Virus record (IMG/VR): IMGVR_UViG_3300045988_060114 | Direction: 5' to 3' (one strand) | DNA length: 64,000 bases | Source: a virus | Shown here: positions 40,275 through 48,795 of the stretch, piece by piece | How positions within the stretch are numbered: position 1 is the stretch's first letter | How the letters are laid out: every line of letters begins with the position of its first letter | Position numbers and translations under genes: made by a program | The notes under the pieces: generated by a model | Told to the model about the DNA's origin: nothing | The model's database searches: none | What the model saw: only the letters and a program-made list of their open reading frames with translations

Positions 40275-40651
40275 TGAGAAGAGTGATTAAACTCCCGAAG
40301 TACGATTGGAGCATAGTATGTTTCATAGGTTATCAGCAACCTGATGCCGATGAGATATGCCATGCTCTTTCGGATATTGGCTGCAACGGAAATCCTTTGT
40401 CGGAAGCCTATAAACATCTGTCTTTATCGAGTGGAGATAGGGGACTTACCTATTCCAACCTAGCTGAAAGAAGGAGTGTGCTTGCCATTGGTGAGTGTGA
40501 ATCTGATGGCAGCATCATCAATACAATAGGTCATGAGCTTCTTCATGTTGTAGCGCATATCTGTGAGCAGGATGGAATTGATATGCTGAGCGAGGAACCA
40601 TGTTATATGATGGGGAGTTTGTGCGAGAAGTTCTTTGATGTTTACTATTAA
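40271..40651 (+). CDS. small HExxH protein (putative minimal metalloprotease fold)
   Basis: The ATG overlaps the upstream stop (ATGATGA). Contains TIGHELLHVVAHICEQDG. Confidence 0.45.
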   Translation: MMRRVIKLPKYDWSIVCFIGYQQPDADEICHALSDIGCNGNPLSEAYKHLSLSSGDRGLTYSNLAERRSVLAIGECESDGSIINTIGHELLHVVAHICEQDGIDMLSEEPCYMMGSLCEKFFDVYY

Positions 40652-40687
40652 TATTTGATACATTGAAGTTACCTTTTCTATACAAGA

Positions 40688-40713
40688 ATAGGGTGAGTTT
40701 ATCCTCACCCTAT
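40688..40713. terminator. bidirectional hairpin between convergent genes
   Basis: ATAGGGTGAG (40688-40697) pairs with CTCACCCTAT (40704-40713). Confidence 0.55.
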
Positions 40714-40727
40714 TTAATGTTTGCATA

Positions 40728-41783
40728 TTAATCTAAGTCATCAAATCCAATAAACAATTCTTCATTAACTCTGGGATATACTTTATTTAAAGTATTTTTA
40801 AATTTAACCCAATCATAATCTGATGCAACAACTAAAGCATGAATCGAGAAAAGATATTCTTTAAGTTTTGGAAGACCTTCATCACGGCTAAGAAATTGAT
40901 GGAATTTCTTAGAACGATTACCATTGGCATTTTTTGGATTTAACCTTTCCAATTCTGGCATGATAGGAGCAATTCTGTCATAAACAATATCTCTTATCCA
41001 TTGACCTATTACTCCAGGTCTTTTTGAAGTATCTTGCCAACTCCATCCTCTCATTTTGTAGATGTCCTCAAAGAATCTATCGTCAAAGGTTTTTACCCAT
41101 TTCGCAGCTTCCTGCTGCAAGAAATTATTCAAGAACTTTTGAAGTTCATCCTTTGCTCTATCCTTTGCTTTATCATATCCTGTTGCTGCATCAACCAAAG
41201 CTATAATACCAACTCTAGCAAATGCACGCATAAGAATTTCACATTGTGCAGCAATAATCTCTTGTCTTGAAGATAAAGTTATATGCTTACGAGCTTCAAG
41301 AAAAGCATCACAAATATCAGCCAAAGCATCTGCCTTATAACCATTAATTACAGCATTTCCATCTGTACATTTTATAGGGTCTAGTTGGCCTCCATCTAAA
41401 TACCTGTCAATGAATGGTTTAAGTGTTTTTTGAGTAAGGTATCTGGTCAGTCTTGTTCCTGATGGATTAACTTCGTTTTCATCAATCATCTTTAATGACC
41501 TTTGCATTTCAGAACCAGAAATTACTCTAGTTCCATCTTCTAAAACATAACATGGTATTTTGAGACCATTCAAATCTAATTCACCACGATATTTTACAGT
41601 TCTATCCTTATAGTAAAGGTCACAAACCTGAACATCTAATATCTTCGCTATTTTTTGCATTGTTGTTTTTGATGTCGTTCCATTTACTATTTTACTAACT
41701 GCAACGTCAGTCATACCAAGTTTATCAGCCAATTCTTTTTGACTCATACCCTTCTCCTTTAATAATTCTTTAATTCTATTCAT
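40728..41783 (-). CDS. XRE-type HTH plus P63C-domain protein
   Basis: N-terminal MSQKELADKLGMTDVAVSKIVNG. The C-terminal part has IALVDAATGYDKAKDRAKDELQKFL...FFEDIYKMRGWSW...RPGVIGQWIRDIVY...KKFHQFLS, which fits the P63C pattern. Confidence 0.6.
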   Translation of the reverse strand: MNRIKELLKEKGMSQKELADKLGMTDVAVSKIVNGTTSKTTMQKIAKILDVQVCDLYYKDRTVKYRGELDLNGLKIPCYVLEDGTRVISGSEMQRSLKMIDENEVNPSGTRLTRYLTQKTLKPFIDRYLDGGQLDPIKCTDGNAVINGYKADALADICDAFLEARKHITLSSRQEIIAAQCEILMRAFARVGIIALVDAATGYDKAKDRAKDELQKFLNNFLQQEAAKWVKTFDDRFFEDIYKMRGWSWQDTSKRPGVIGQWIRDIVYDRIAPIMPELERLNPKNANGNRSKKFHQFLSRDEGLPKLKEYLFSIHALVVASDYDWVKFKNTLNKVYPRVNEELFIGFDDLD

Positions 41784-41808
41784 ATTATAGATAATTTAAT
41801 TTTTGATG

Positions 41809-41816
41809 CAAATATA
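41809..41816 (-). promoter_or_regulatory. TAnnTTTG box (TATATTTG on the minus strand) for the HTH-P63C gene
   Basis: The reverse complement of CAAATATA lies 26 nt upstream of the ATG at 41783. Confidence 0.45.
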
Positions 41817-41871
41817 CTGCAAATATTTTAATTTTCATACTTTATATTAAAATTTTAAATTAAATTAACCA

Positions 41872-41907
41872 TAAACAAATAAAGGGTGAATCATTTGACT
41901 CACCCTT
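41872..41907 (-). terminator. rho-independent terminator (minus strand)
   Basis: AAGGGTGA (41882-41889) pairs with TCACCCTT (41900-41907). A T-rich run follows on the minus strand. Confidence 0.5.
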
Positions 41908-41925
41908 CTTCTTTATCTATATGGT

Positions 41926-42123
41926 TTACTCCCCAAACTTTGGCTCCTCATACACCAAGTTGTGCTCATCTACGTAAGCCTTAGCTTCTTGGTATGTGTC
42001 AAACTCTACTGCGGTGGCATTAACTGCTGGGAATACCTCAGCATTATCACCTTCTTCTGTGAGAGGGAACACCATCTTGGTTCCCTCATGTACTACCTTA
42101 TACTTCTTTGTTAACTTATTCAT
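41926..42123 (-). CDS. hypothetical small protein
   Basis: 65 aa ATG ORF. Confidence 0.45.
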   Translation of the reverse strand: MNKLTKKYKVVHEGTKMVFPLTEEGDNAEVFPAVNATAVEFDTYQEAKAYVDEHNLVYEEPKFGE

Positions 42124-42163
42124 ATCTTGTTTCCTTTCTTTTTAATGTTAAACTTACAATATC

Positions 42164-43174
42164 TTATGCAGAAATAATTGAGACAGTGTAACCCTTGGAC
42201 TGCAATGTTGATACAGCTGCATCAGATGCAGAAGTGCGGTTTCCTGCAACCGAGATAGTTTTGTACCATGTTGAATCATTTAATTTGAAGCCAACCTGAC
42301 ACTGTGCTTGGTCTTGCAACATCTTATCAATGTTGGTTACACTTGCATTTCCTTCGATTGCAATGATTTTAGCAGTAGATAGACGATTACTCCATGTAAA
42401 TACTGAACCTTTGCCTGTACCAAATGAAGCAAATCGGCAGGAAGCAGGAAGAGTTGCAAGGTCTCCAATCAGTTTACTGTACTTAAAGTTCATTTCAGTA
42501 CACTTTGACAGAGTACTTAATTCACTTATGTTTCCAGTCAGAGGTATTTTAGCATTATACAAATTCAGATAGGTCAAAGCGGTTAATGTCTTCAATTCAC
42601 TGATATTACCACTTATTTGAGTATTATACAAACTCAGATTAGTCAAAGCGGTTAATGTCTTTAAATCACCAATATTACCGCTTACTTGAGTGTTAGCCAA
42701 ACTCAGATTAGTCAAAGCGGTTAATGTCTTTAAATCACCAATATTACCGCTTACTTGAGTGTTAGCCAAATTCAAGTCGGTCAGAGCAGCAGAGTATTTT
42801 AAATCTGAAATATTTAATTTTATATTATTCCCATATACGTCAGATGCTTCTCCTTGATAAGAACTTGTTATAGCGGTTAAACTATATTTGTTTAATATAG
42901 CAATTTCAATATCTTTATCACCATTTACCCAAACACTGTTAATTCCAGCGTTTAAAGTAATTCTCTTACCTTTATTTTCTGAAAGTGTTTTGTCGGTGAA
43001 ATATCCATCACTTACAATTTCCAAAGTTACAGGTTTATTACTCCCCAGTGAAAAACCTTGCGTATGGTCAGTAGGGTTTTGTACCTTTAGAATTTTCATA
43101 CGCATTTCACCCAATCTCAGTAGCTCTGAATTATTAGAGCTACCATTAAGTTTTGTTACCAAACATTTGTTCAT
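42164..43174 (-). CDS. leucine-rich-repeat (BspA-like) tail fibre/receptor-binding protein
   Basis: At least five 23-residue repeats DLKTLTALTNLSLANTQVSGNIG. The gene sits in the tail-fibre operon. Confidence 0.6.
   Translation of the reverse strand: MNKCLVTKLNGSSNNSELLRLGEMRMKILKVQNPTDHTQGFSLGSNKPVTLEIVSDGYFTDKTLSENKGKRITLNAGINSVWVNGDKDIEIAILNKYSLTAITSSYQGEASDVYGNNIKLNISDLKYSAALTDLNLANTQVSGNIGDLKTLTALTNLSLANTQVSGNIGDLKTLTALTNLSLYNTQISGNISELKTLTALTYLNLYNAKIPLTGNISELSTLSKCTEMNFKYSKLIGDLATLPASCRFASFGTGKGSVFTWSNRLSTAKIIAIEGNASVTNIDKMLQDQAQCQVGFKLNDSTWYKTISVAGNRTSASDAAVSTLQSKGYTVSIISA
42561..42767 (-). repeat. 69-bp tandem repeat (one diverged plus two identical copies) encoding LRR units
   Basis: 42630-42698 and 42699-42767 are identical. 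42561-42629 is a diverged copy. Confidence 0.9.
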
Positions 43175-43197
43175 AATTTATAATATTTATATTGTTA

Positions 43198-46100
43198 TTA
43201 ATTGTTTCTTGTATAGCTATATACTTTATCCATGTTGGCAGTATTCTGCTCTATCCATTTCTGCACTCTATATATATTATCACAGTGTTTAAATTCACTG
43301 ATAGGAGAATAGGCACTAACAGTATGTGGAGTATTTGCAGATAAAGCAGATGTTGCTTTTATACACTTGTACTTGAAATAACCCATCTGTTCATTAAGAC
43401 CAAATGAAACTACATCACCTACGTTGTATGCATGTGCTGCATCGAATGTCTCTGATGTATCTGTCTGAGGATTTCCACTATCATCAAAAACAGATTCCCA
43501 ATATTCACTTCGCACAATGCTATCTTCAATACATGGAGAATCAGACCATTTCTTGTATTCCTCTTTGAAGAAGTCTGTACCAATACGCATACACCAATCT
43601 TGGAGATGAGAGAAAATGTTATCAGCAGATGCAATGCCTAAATCTGCAAGATACTTGTAGCGAGCATTAAGTTCTGTGGTATAATACTTCACGATATATC
43701 CGTTAGGCATGTAAGTAGAAGTACTTAAATGATTACTAAGTACATCTGTTATCTGATTACCTTTGAAATGACCACCAAATGACACATCACAATCATAGAT
43801 ACCTACCCACCATTTTACTCCATCATAAGTGAACCATTGCCAGTTTTTGGAGAAGCCATCAGCGTTTTTAATCAGGTCTGATACTATGATATAATCAATA
43901 AGATTTTCTGCGTCATAGTACTTTTCAAACACTGCCTTGAATGCTTTCAAATCCTCCTCTGTTTTGCTCGATGACTCATAAGTAGATGCAGCAGTCTTAA
44001 TGATATTAATAGTATTTGCGAAGTCTTGAATATACTTTTTGACCTTGGCAGTAATTTGCAAGTTCTTTTTAATCTTTGAAGAAATGGCAGTGCCATCAGG
44101 AAGTTGTCCTGCTGTTATCCAAGTATTTACTTCATCTTCGCCTGCAATCTCCTCTTGCTTAATATCTGCATCATATTTATTACCACCTATGGCATAGAGA
44201 TTTTTAGGATTGCGTACCTCAAATCCATTATCACCAGTACCCCATACTATAGTACCATTCCAAAGAATGTTATAATTTATAGTGCCATCAAGATGAACAT
44301 GTTCTGCGGTTGATTTATCCATGTGGTAATTATCACGATGTTTCTTTAACTGAAATGAGAAGATACCATAGAACTCTCCATTAAGATATACTGCAACTGG
44401 GAAGCCATCAGGAAAACAACGTGCTCCTGTATCTGTAAGGAGTTCATAATCTCCTACATACGGATTGCCAAGGCTCTTTGTTGTAGTTCCTATTTTTGAC
44501 ATATTAAGTAATGCCTTCTTCCAAGGTCTATCATACATATTTCCCCTTGTACGTACAATCTGGTCATATAACTTGTAAGACACAGCACAAACACCACGGA
44601 AGAAGTCAGTATAATATGCCTTCATGTGAAAACTGTCTTGTGGAACCCAATTTCCAATTCTTACCTTTGGAGTATCATCACCAACCCATTCATCGTCACA
44701 AAAATCAATAGCTACATTCTTTTTTACAAACGACATAGACGAGTTTCCTTGTGCATTAAGGATAGCATGTTTCTTGAAATAATTACCTTGCATATCCCAA
44801 AACTCCAAGAATGCCTTCTTGTTCTGAGTCTTGGTGGTAGGCATGGAATCAATATTAGAGACATTAATGATAGCAAAGCGAGGCTCTGGTATCTGGATGA
44901 AACTGCTTTCACTCCAATCAATAGGCGTTTTAACATCAAAACCATTTGCTTTCAAAGCATCTTGGATATTGTTCACACTATTACCTTGGAGATTGAGATT
45001 TGACACATCAAGGTTTGTAATTTCCATATCGTGCTCATGCTTTTTTCCATCAGCATCACGATATGACATGACTTTATCCTCTCCATCAGTTGTAATTTCC
45101 GTTCTACCCTCAGGGTCTTCAATATGCTCAAACTCTGTAGGAATAGTCTCAGACTTGGCATTATGAATATAGTGACTACCATCATTATAAGTAGCAGAAA
45201 GAACCCTTCCATCTGCATCTTTCTCTACTGCAAGATATTCAGGATTCTCATGCAAAGAGAAAACGTCAAGAAGTTCTTTGAGGTTGGTATCTATTGTACC
45301 TACCTTCTCCTGCAACGATGCAAGGTCTGATTGAAGCTGAGAGATAACTTGCTTCAAGGCATTGACAGCATGGATTTCACCAATGATTTCTCCGTCTCTT
45401 CTAAGACCAAGAACTACCTTATCATCAGTATCAAGCCAAGCAGCAAAGTATTCCTCATTCTGAATGACATGATACATTTCATTGAGAGGATAATATGGCT
45501 CACCAGATTCTCTGTAGAAACCAAACAGAACCTTATCATTAGAATCCACTATAGCTTTAAGGAACTCTTCGTTCTCAATTACTCTAAAGCATTCCTTTAC
45601 TTCATCTTCAATGAGAGACTTGCCTTCCTCTTTATCTACCTTACCTTCCTGCAATGCTGTGATGCTTGCAGATAATTCTCCCTTGACAGCATTAATAGCT
45701 TCAAGAACATCTGTCTTATCCTGCTGGCACTGGTTAATAATTTCCTGCAATTTGGCTCTGATTGGTGCAGGAATACCCTTGCCCCACTCAATGGAACCAT
45801 CAAGCTGAATGCCTAATAAGAAGTGGTCTTCTGCATCTACTATTGCCTTGATGAACTCAGGAGACTCAATTTCACGGAATGGAAGGGAAAACTGGGAGAC
45901 TACCTTGTCCTTTGAATCACCGAACTCATGGGCAATATTATCCTTGTCGAACTTCTTATCAAGTTCTGTAGCTACCTCTGACTTCTCTGCCTTGGCTTCA
46001 ATGATAGCATCTTGCGCCTTGTTTTTAGCAGCAAGTTCATCAATGGCTCCTTGGGCAGTGATTGCGGTCATACCACTAGTCTCATTATTATAAGAGACAG

Positions 46101-46281
46101 CATTGGCTGTAGATGCTCCACCTGAGACGGTGATGTCTTTGATAGCATCCTCCAACTGATGTGTTTTTTCACCTATCTGTTGCAAGTTCTCTTGGTCTCC
46201 ATCAAGAAACACTTGCTTAGCAGAGGCAATCTTACCCTTCTTGGTTTTGGCTAGAAGCTCGTCTGTTAAATTTATACTCAT
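43198..46281 (-). CDS. large tail fibre with CotH-like C-terminal domain
   Basis: Four N-terminal ~30 aa repeats (IE.PEF.KAIVD.ED..L.G...DG). The C-terminal half has LNGEFYGIFSFQLKKHRDNY and KNWQWFTYDGVKWWVGIYDCDVSFGG, which resemble CotH kinase-like motifs. Confidence 0.5.
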   Translation of the reverse strand: MSINLTDELLAKTKKGKIASAKQVFLDGDQENLQQIGEKTHQLEDAIKDITVSGGASTANAVSYNNETSGMTAITAQGAIDELAAKNKAQDAIIEAKAEKSEVATELDKKFDKDNIAHEFGDSKDKVVSQFSLPFREIESPEFIKAIVDAEDHFLLGIQLDGSIEWGKGIPAPIRAKLQEIINQCQQDKTDVLEAINAVKGELSASITALQEGKVDKEEGKSLIEDEVKECFRVIENEEFLKAIVDSNDKVLFGFYRESGEPYYPLNEMYHVIQNEEYFAAWLDTDDKVVLGLRRDGEIIGEIHAVNALKQVISQLQSDLASLQEKVGTIDTNLKELLDVFSLHENPEYLAVEKDADGRVLSATYNDGSHYIHNAKSETIPTEFEHIEDPEGRTEITTDGEDKVMSYRDADGKKHEHDMEITNLDVSNLNLQGNSVNNIQDALKANGFDVKTPIDWSESSFIQIPEPRFAIINVSNIDSMPTTKTQNKKAFLEFWDMQGNYFKKHAILNAQGNSSMSFVKKNVAIDFCDDEWVGDDTPKVRIGNWVPQDSFHMKAYYTDFFRGVCAVSYKLYDQIVRTRGNMYDRPWKKALLNMSKIGTTTKSLGNPYVGDYELLTDTGARCFPDGFPVAVYLNGEFYGIFSFQLKKHRDNYHMDKSTAEHVHLDGTINYNILWNGTIVWGTGDNGFEVRNPKNLYAIGGNKYDADIKQEEIAGEDEVNTWITAGQLPDGTAISSKIKKNLQITAKVKKYIQDFANTINIIKTAASTYESSSKTEEDLKAFKAVFEKYYDAENLIDYIIVSDLIKNADGFSKNWQWFTYDGVKWWVGIYDCDVSFGGHFKGNQITDVLSNHLSTSTYMPNGYIVKYYTTELNARYKYLADLGIASADNIFSHLQDWCMRIGTDFFKEEYKKWSDSPCIEDSIVRSEYWESVFDDSGNPQTDTSETFDAAHAYNVGDVVSFGLNEQMGYFKYKCIKATSALSANTPHTVSAYSPISEFKHCDNIYRVQKWIEQNTANMDKVYSYTRNN

Positions 46282-46301
46282 ATTATATAATCTTTATACG
46301 T

Positions 46302-47462
46302 TTATGATATTACTAAATTCCATGTAGCTGCGGTGAGAGGATTGGCTGTTCTGTATGCCTTGAAACTGCCTAGATTATTTGTGATAGTCTGAGGAGCAGC
46401 AAGAGTTACATCGAATCCTGCACTGGTTACACGGGTGATTGAGAGATAACTAGGTACTACTAGCCAGATGTAATCATTATCCTTGGTAGTTACTTTTGGG
46501 TTGAATGATTCTCCTGTAGCTGATACCTTGTTGAGCGTATTGAGGATTTCTGCGGTCATGGTGGATGCTGGGTTCCCTCCAAAGTAGCAGATATAGCGAG
46601 TCTGTGATGTACTCTTGCCAGTTCTGCCTTTCTTGGTTACTGCAAACTTGAAGATTTCTCTTGCTCCTTCGATTGGGGTGGATAGGGTTCCACCTGATGA
46701 TGGAGTGGTTGAGATATTCTTTGCGGCATTGTCGTTAATCTGCTTACTGATGATGGAAGTATCAGGTACAAGGGGCTTGTTGTCGCTTGAAACAGAATAG
46801 CGAACCTCTGTCTGCATCGTACCTACATTCGGGGTGATGGTGAAGCCTAAGATGATTGGATATACCGTATCATTCAGCTTGGCTAGATTCTCGTCAACGT
46901 TCTGAATCATTTCTACAAGTTCATCAGGAAGACCAGTTGCAGATTCTATAGTCTTACGAAGTTCAGGGTCTAGTTTGTCCTTTTTCAACGTACCATCTGC
47001 AATCTTATCGTTGGTGATAGACTTTCTTGCAATCTTTTCTGTTGTTACAGACTCGTTGGCAAAATGCTTTGATTCCAAGGATTTCTCACGAACCACTCTA
47101 CCATCAACTGACTGGTCACCAAGTTTCTGGTTAGTGACAGCCTTTTCCTCAACCTTCTCGGTAGTTACGGCTCCATTCTGAATCTTTTCTGTGATAACAG
47201 CATCGTTCTGAATCTTGTCGTAAGAAACCGAATCCTGAGATAGTTTGGAATTATCTACAGAGTGTTCAGCCAACTTCTCTGTAGTAACGGCTTTGTCGGC
47301 AATCTGCGTAGTTCCGAGTTGGTCTGTCTTGTTAACCTTCTCGTCAAGAAGCTCCTTGGTGGATTTGCCTGAACCTTCATCCTTGATATATCTAGTATAT
47401 GTCAAGGTCTCATCGGCAGTTCCGCTTACGAGCGTGTTGTTGTATATTACTTCTTTTGCCAT
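46302..47462 (-). CDS. tail fibre protein with 11 decapeptide repeats
   Basis: KAVTTEKLAE/HSVDNSKLSQ/DSVSYDKIQN and so on, aa 57-166 (nt 46965-47294). Confidence 0.5.
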   Translation of the reverse strand: MAKEVIYNNTLVSGTADETLTYTRYIKDEGSGKSTKELLDEKVNKTDQLGTTQIADKAVTTEKLAEHSVDNSKLSQDSVSYDKIQNDAVITEKIQNGAVTTEKVEEKAVTNQKLGDQSVDGRVVREKSLESKHFANESVTTEKIARKSITNDKIADGTLKKDKLDPELRKTIESATGLPDELVEMIQNVDENLAKLNDTVYPIILGFTITPNVGTMQTEVRYSVSSDNKPLVPDTSIISKQINDNAAKNISTTPSSGGTLSTPIEGAREIFKFAVTKKGRTGKSTSQTRYICYFGGNPASTMTAEILNTLNKVSATGESFNPKVTTKDNDYIWLVVPSYLSITRVTSAGFDVTLAAPQTITNNLGSFKAYRTANPLTAATWNLVIS

Positions 47463-47463
47463 A

Positions 47464-48378
47464 TTATTTTAATTTAGCGTTATATGTATACTCTCCTGCT
47501 TTCAACTCATCTGTCCAATAAAAGTATATGTCTCCTACCTTGGTGGAGTAGAGGGATGCGATGAGTCCTGACTGATAGAACTCTACTGGCACACGGCTGG
47601 CAAACCAGATGTATGGTTTTTCTTTGGTGGTGGTGATGGTTATAGACTTACCTACTATGTCACCAACTACCTTGGCAAGGTCTTCCATGTTGAACTGGCA
47701 CATATTCTTGGCAGCGGTGGCTCCATAATAATAGATGTTATCATCGCCATTTGCCATGATGCTTACGTAGCCTGATACGGCTGGAATCTCTATCTTGCCA
47801 TCCTTGTAGGTTTCTCTTGTGATGTCGGTTCCGTCCATGACTACCTTCACCAAACCGAGATTGAAACCTTCGGCTGGAGTCAGCGTTGCTTCATACTTCT
47901 CGCCCAGCTTCAATGTAGCAGGAGTAGAGGAGAGGGTAACATCATCCAATGAGTAGACAAAGGTGCAGTCAGACTGGTTTTTGGTGACCATATAGTATCG
48001 AAGGTCGAACATTCCAACCGTCTCGCCTTGGAAGACTCCACAAGGAACCTTCACCCTATTGTTGGTCTCAATAATCTGCAAGATGTTTCGCTCCACACTC
48101 TTCATGGCATAACCATCGTAGTTCCATGATACGGCTACATTGTAGTTGCCGATGTCTAGGGTGGATGGGATATTGCACACCAGTACATTATGCTCTATGC
48201 CACCGATGGACGTGGGAACGATGATGGAATCATCGAAACAGCATTGCAGTTCCACCTTGATGTCGGACGCCTGAGTCATATCGAAGTCAACCAAGCGGTT
48301 GAACTCCTTAGACATATCCATCTTTCTGACCAAGATGTGGAGTTTGAAAGCGTTGCCTTGTACAATTTTATAAATCAT
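47464..48378 (-). CDS. tail-associated structural protein (hypothetical)
   Basis: 304 aa, first gene after a late promoter and immediately upstream of the fibre genes. Confidence 0.45.
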   Translation of the reverse strand: MIYKIVQGNAFKLHILVRKMDMSKEFNRLVDFDMTQASDIKVELQCCFDDSIIVPTSIGGIEHNVLVCNIPSTLDIGNYNVAVSWNYDGYAMKSVERNILQIIETNNRVKVPCGVFQGETVGMFDLRYYMVTKNQSDCTFVYSLDDVTLSSTPATLKLGEKYEATLTPAEGFNLGLVKVVMDGTDITRETYKDGKIEIPAVSGYVSIMANGDDNIYYYGATAAKNMCQFNMEDLAKVVGDIVGKSITITTTKEKPYIWFASRVPVEFYQSGLIASLYSTKVGDIYFYWTDELKAGEYTYNAKLK

Positions 48379-48404
48379 ATTTGATACACATTATTAATAA
48401 TACG

Positions 48405-48447
48405 CAAAGATAGACAGAATTTTCTCTACCTATCCTTTATCCGTTAA
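48405..48447 (-). promoter_or_regulatory. late promoter (TTAACGGATAA-N24-TATCTTTG) of the tail-fibre operon
   Basis: Read on the minus strand, the element starts at 48447 and the box at 48412, a spacing of 35 nt. ATTATTAATAAT follows. Confidence 0.65.
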
Positions 48448-48465
48448 CACTTGAATAGAAAAACT

Positions 48466-48771
48466 TTAGATTAAGCCTTTCCAGCGTAGGAATTTGCGTT
48501 TTCGGCTGAGTTTTCCCTTCTTACTCTTGCAGTTGGTATGATAGACACAATCACGGAAGAGGTCTCTAACCTTCATGTCTTTATCTACCAGCTTTGTCTT
48601 CTTGAACGCTTCAAAATAGGAGCGGTTCATAATCATCAAGTTGCCCTTCTGCGTAGGGAGGACATAGAAGATGTCACCGTGGTTCTTCTTTGCTGCGAGG
48701 TCTGCCTTAGCCGTAGCTTGGCGGTACATGATTTCGCACTTGATGCGCTTGATAATGTTTTTTACTTTCAT
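48466..48771 (-). CDS. hypothetical basic protein
   Basis: 101 aa ATG ORF downstream of the terminase gene. Confidence 0.45.
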   Translation of the reverse strand: MKVKNIIKRIKCEIMYRQATAKADLAAKKNHGDIFYVLPTQKGNLMIMNRSYFEAFKKTKLVDKDMKVRDLFRDCVYHTNCKSKKGKLSRKRKFLRWKGLI

Positions 48772-48795
48772 AATGGTAATTATTAATTATTGATA

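Noticed and set aside
42561-42767. Regular 69-bp direct repeats, considered as a possible CRISPR array or DGR template/variable pair.
   Set aside because: The repeats are contiguous with no spacers, in frame, and encode LRR units of a fibre protein. No reverse transcriptase or cas gene is present in the window.
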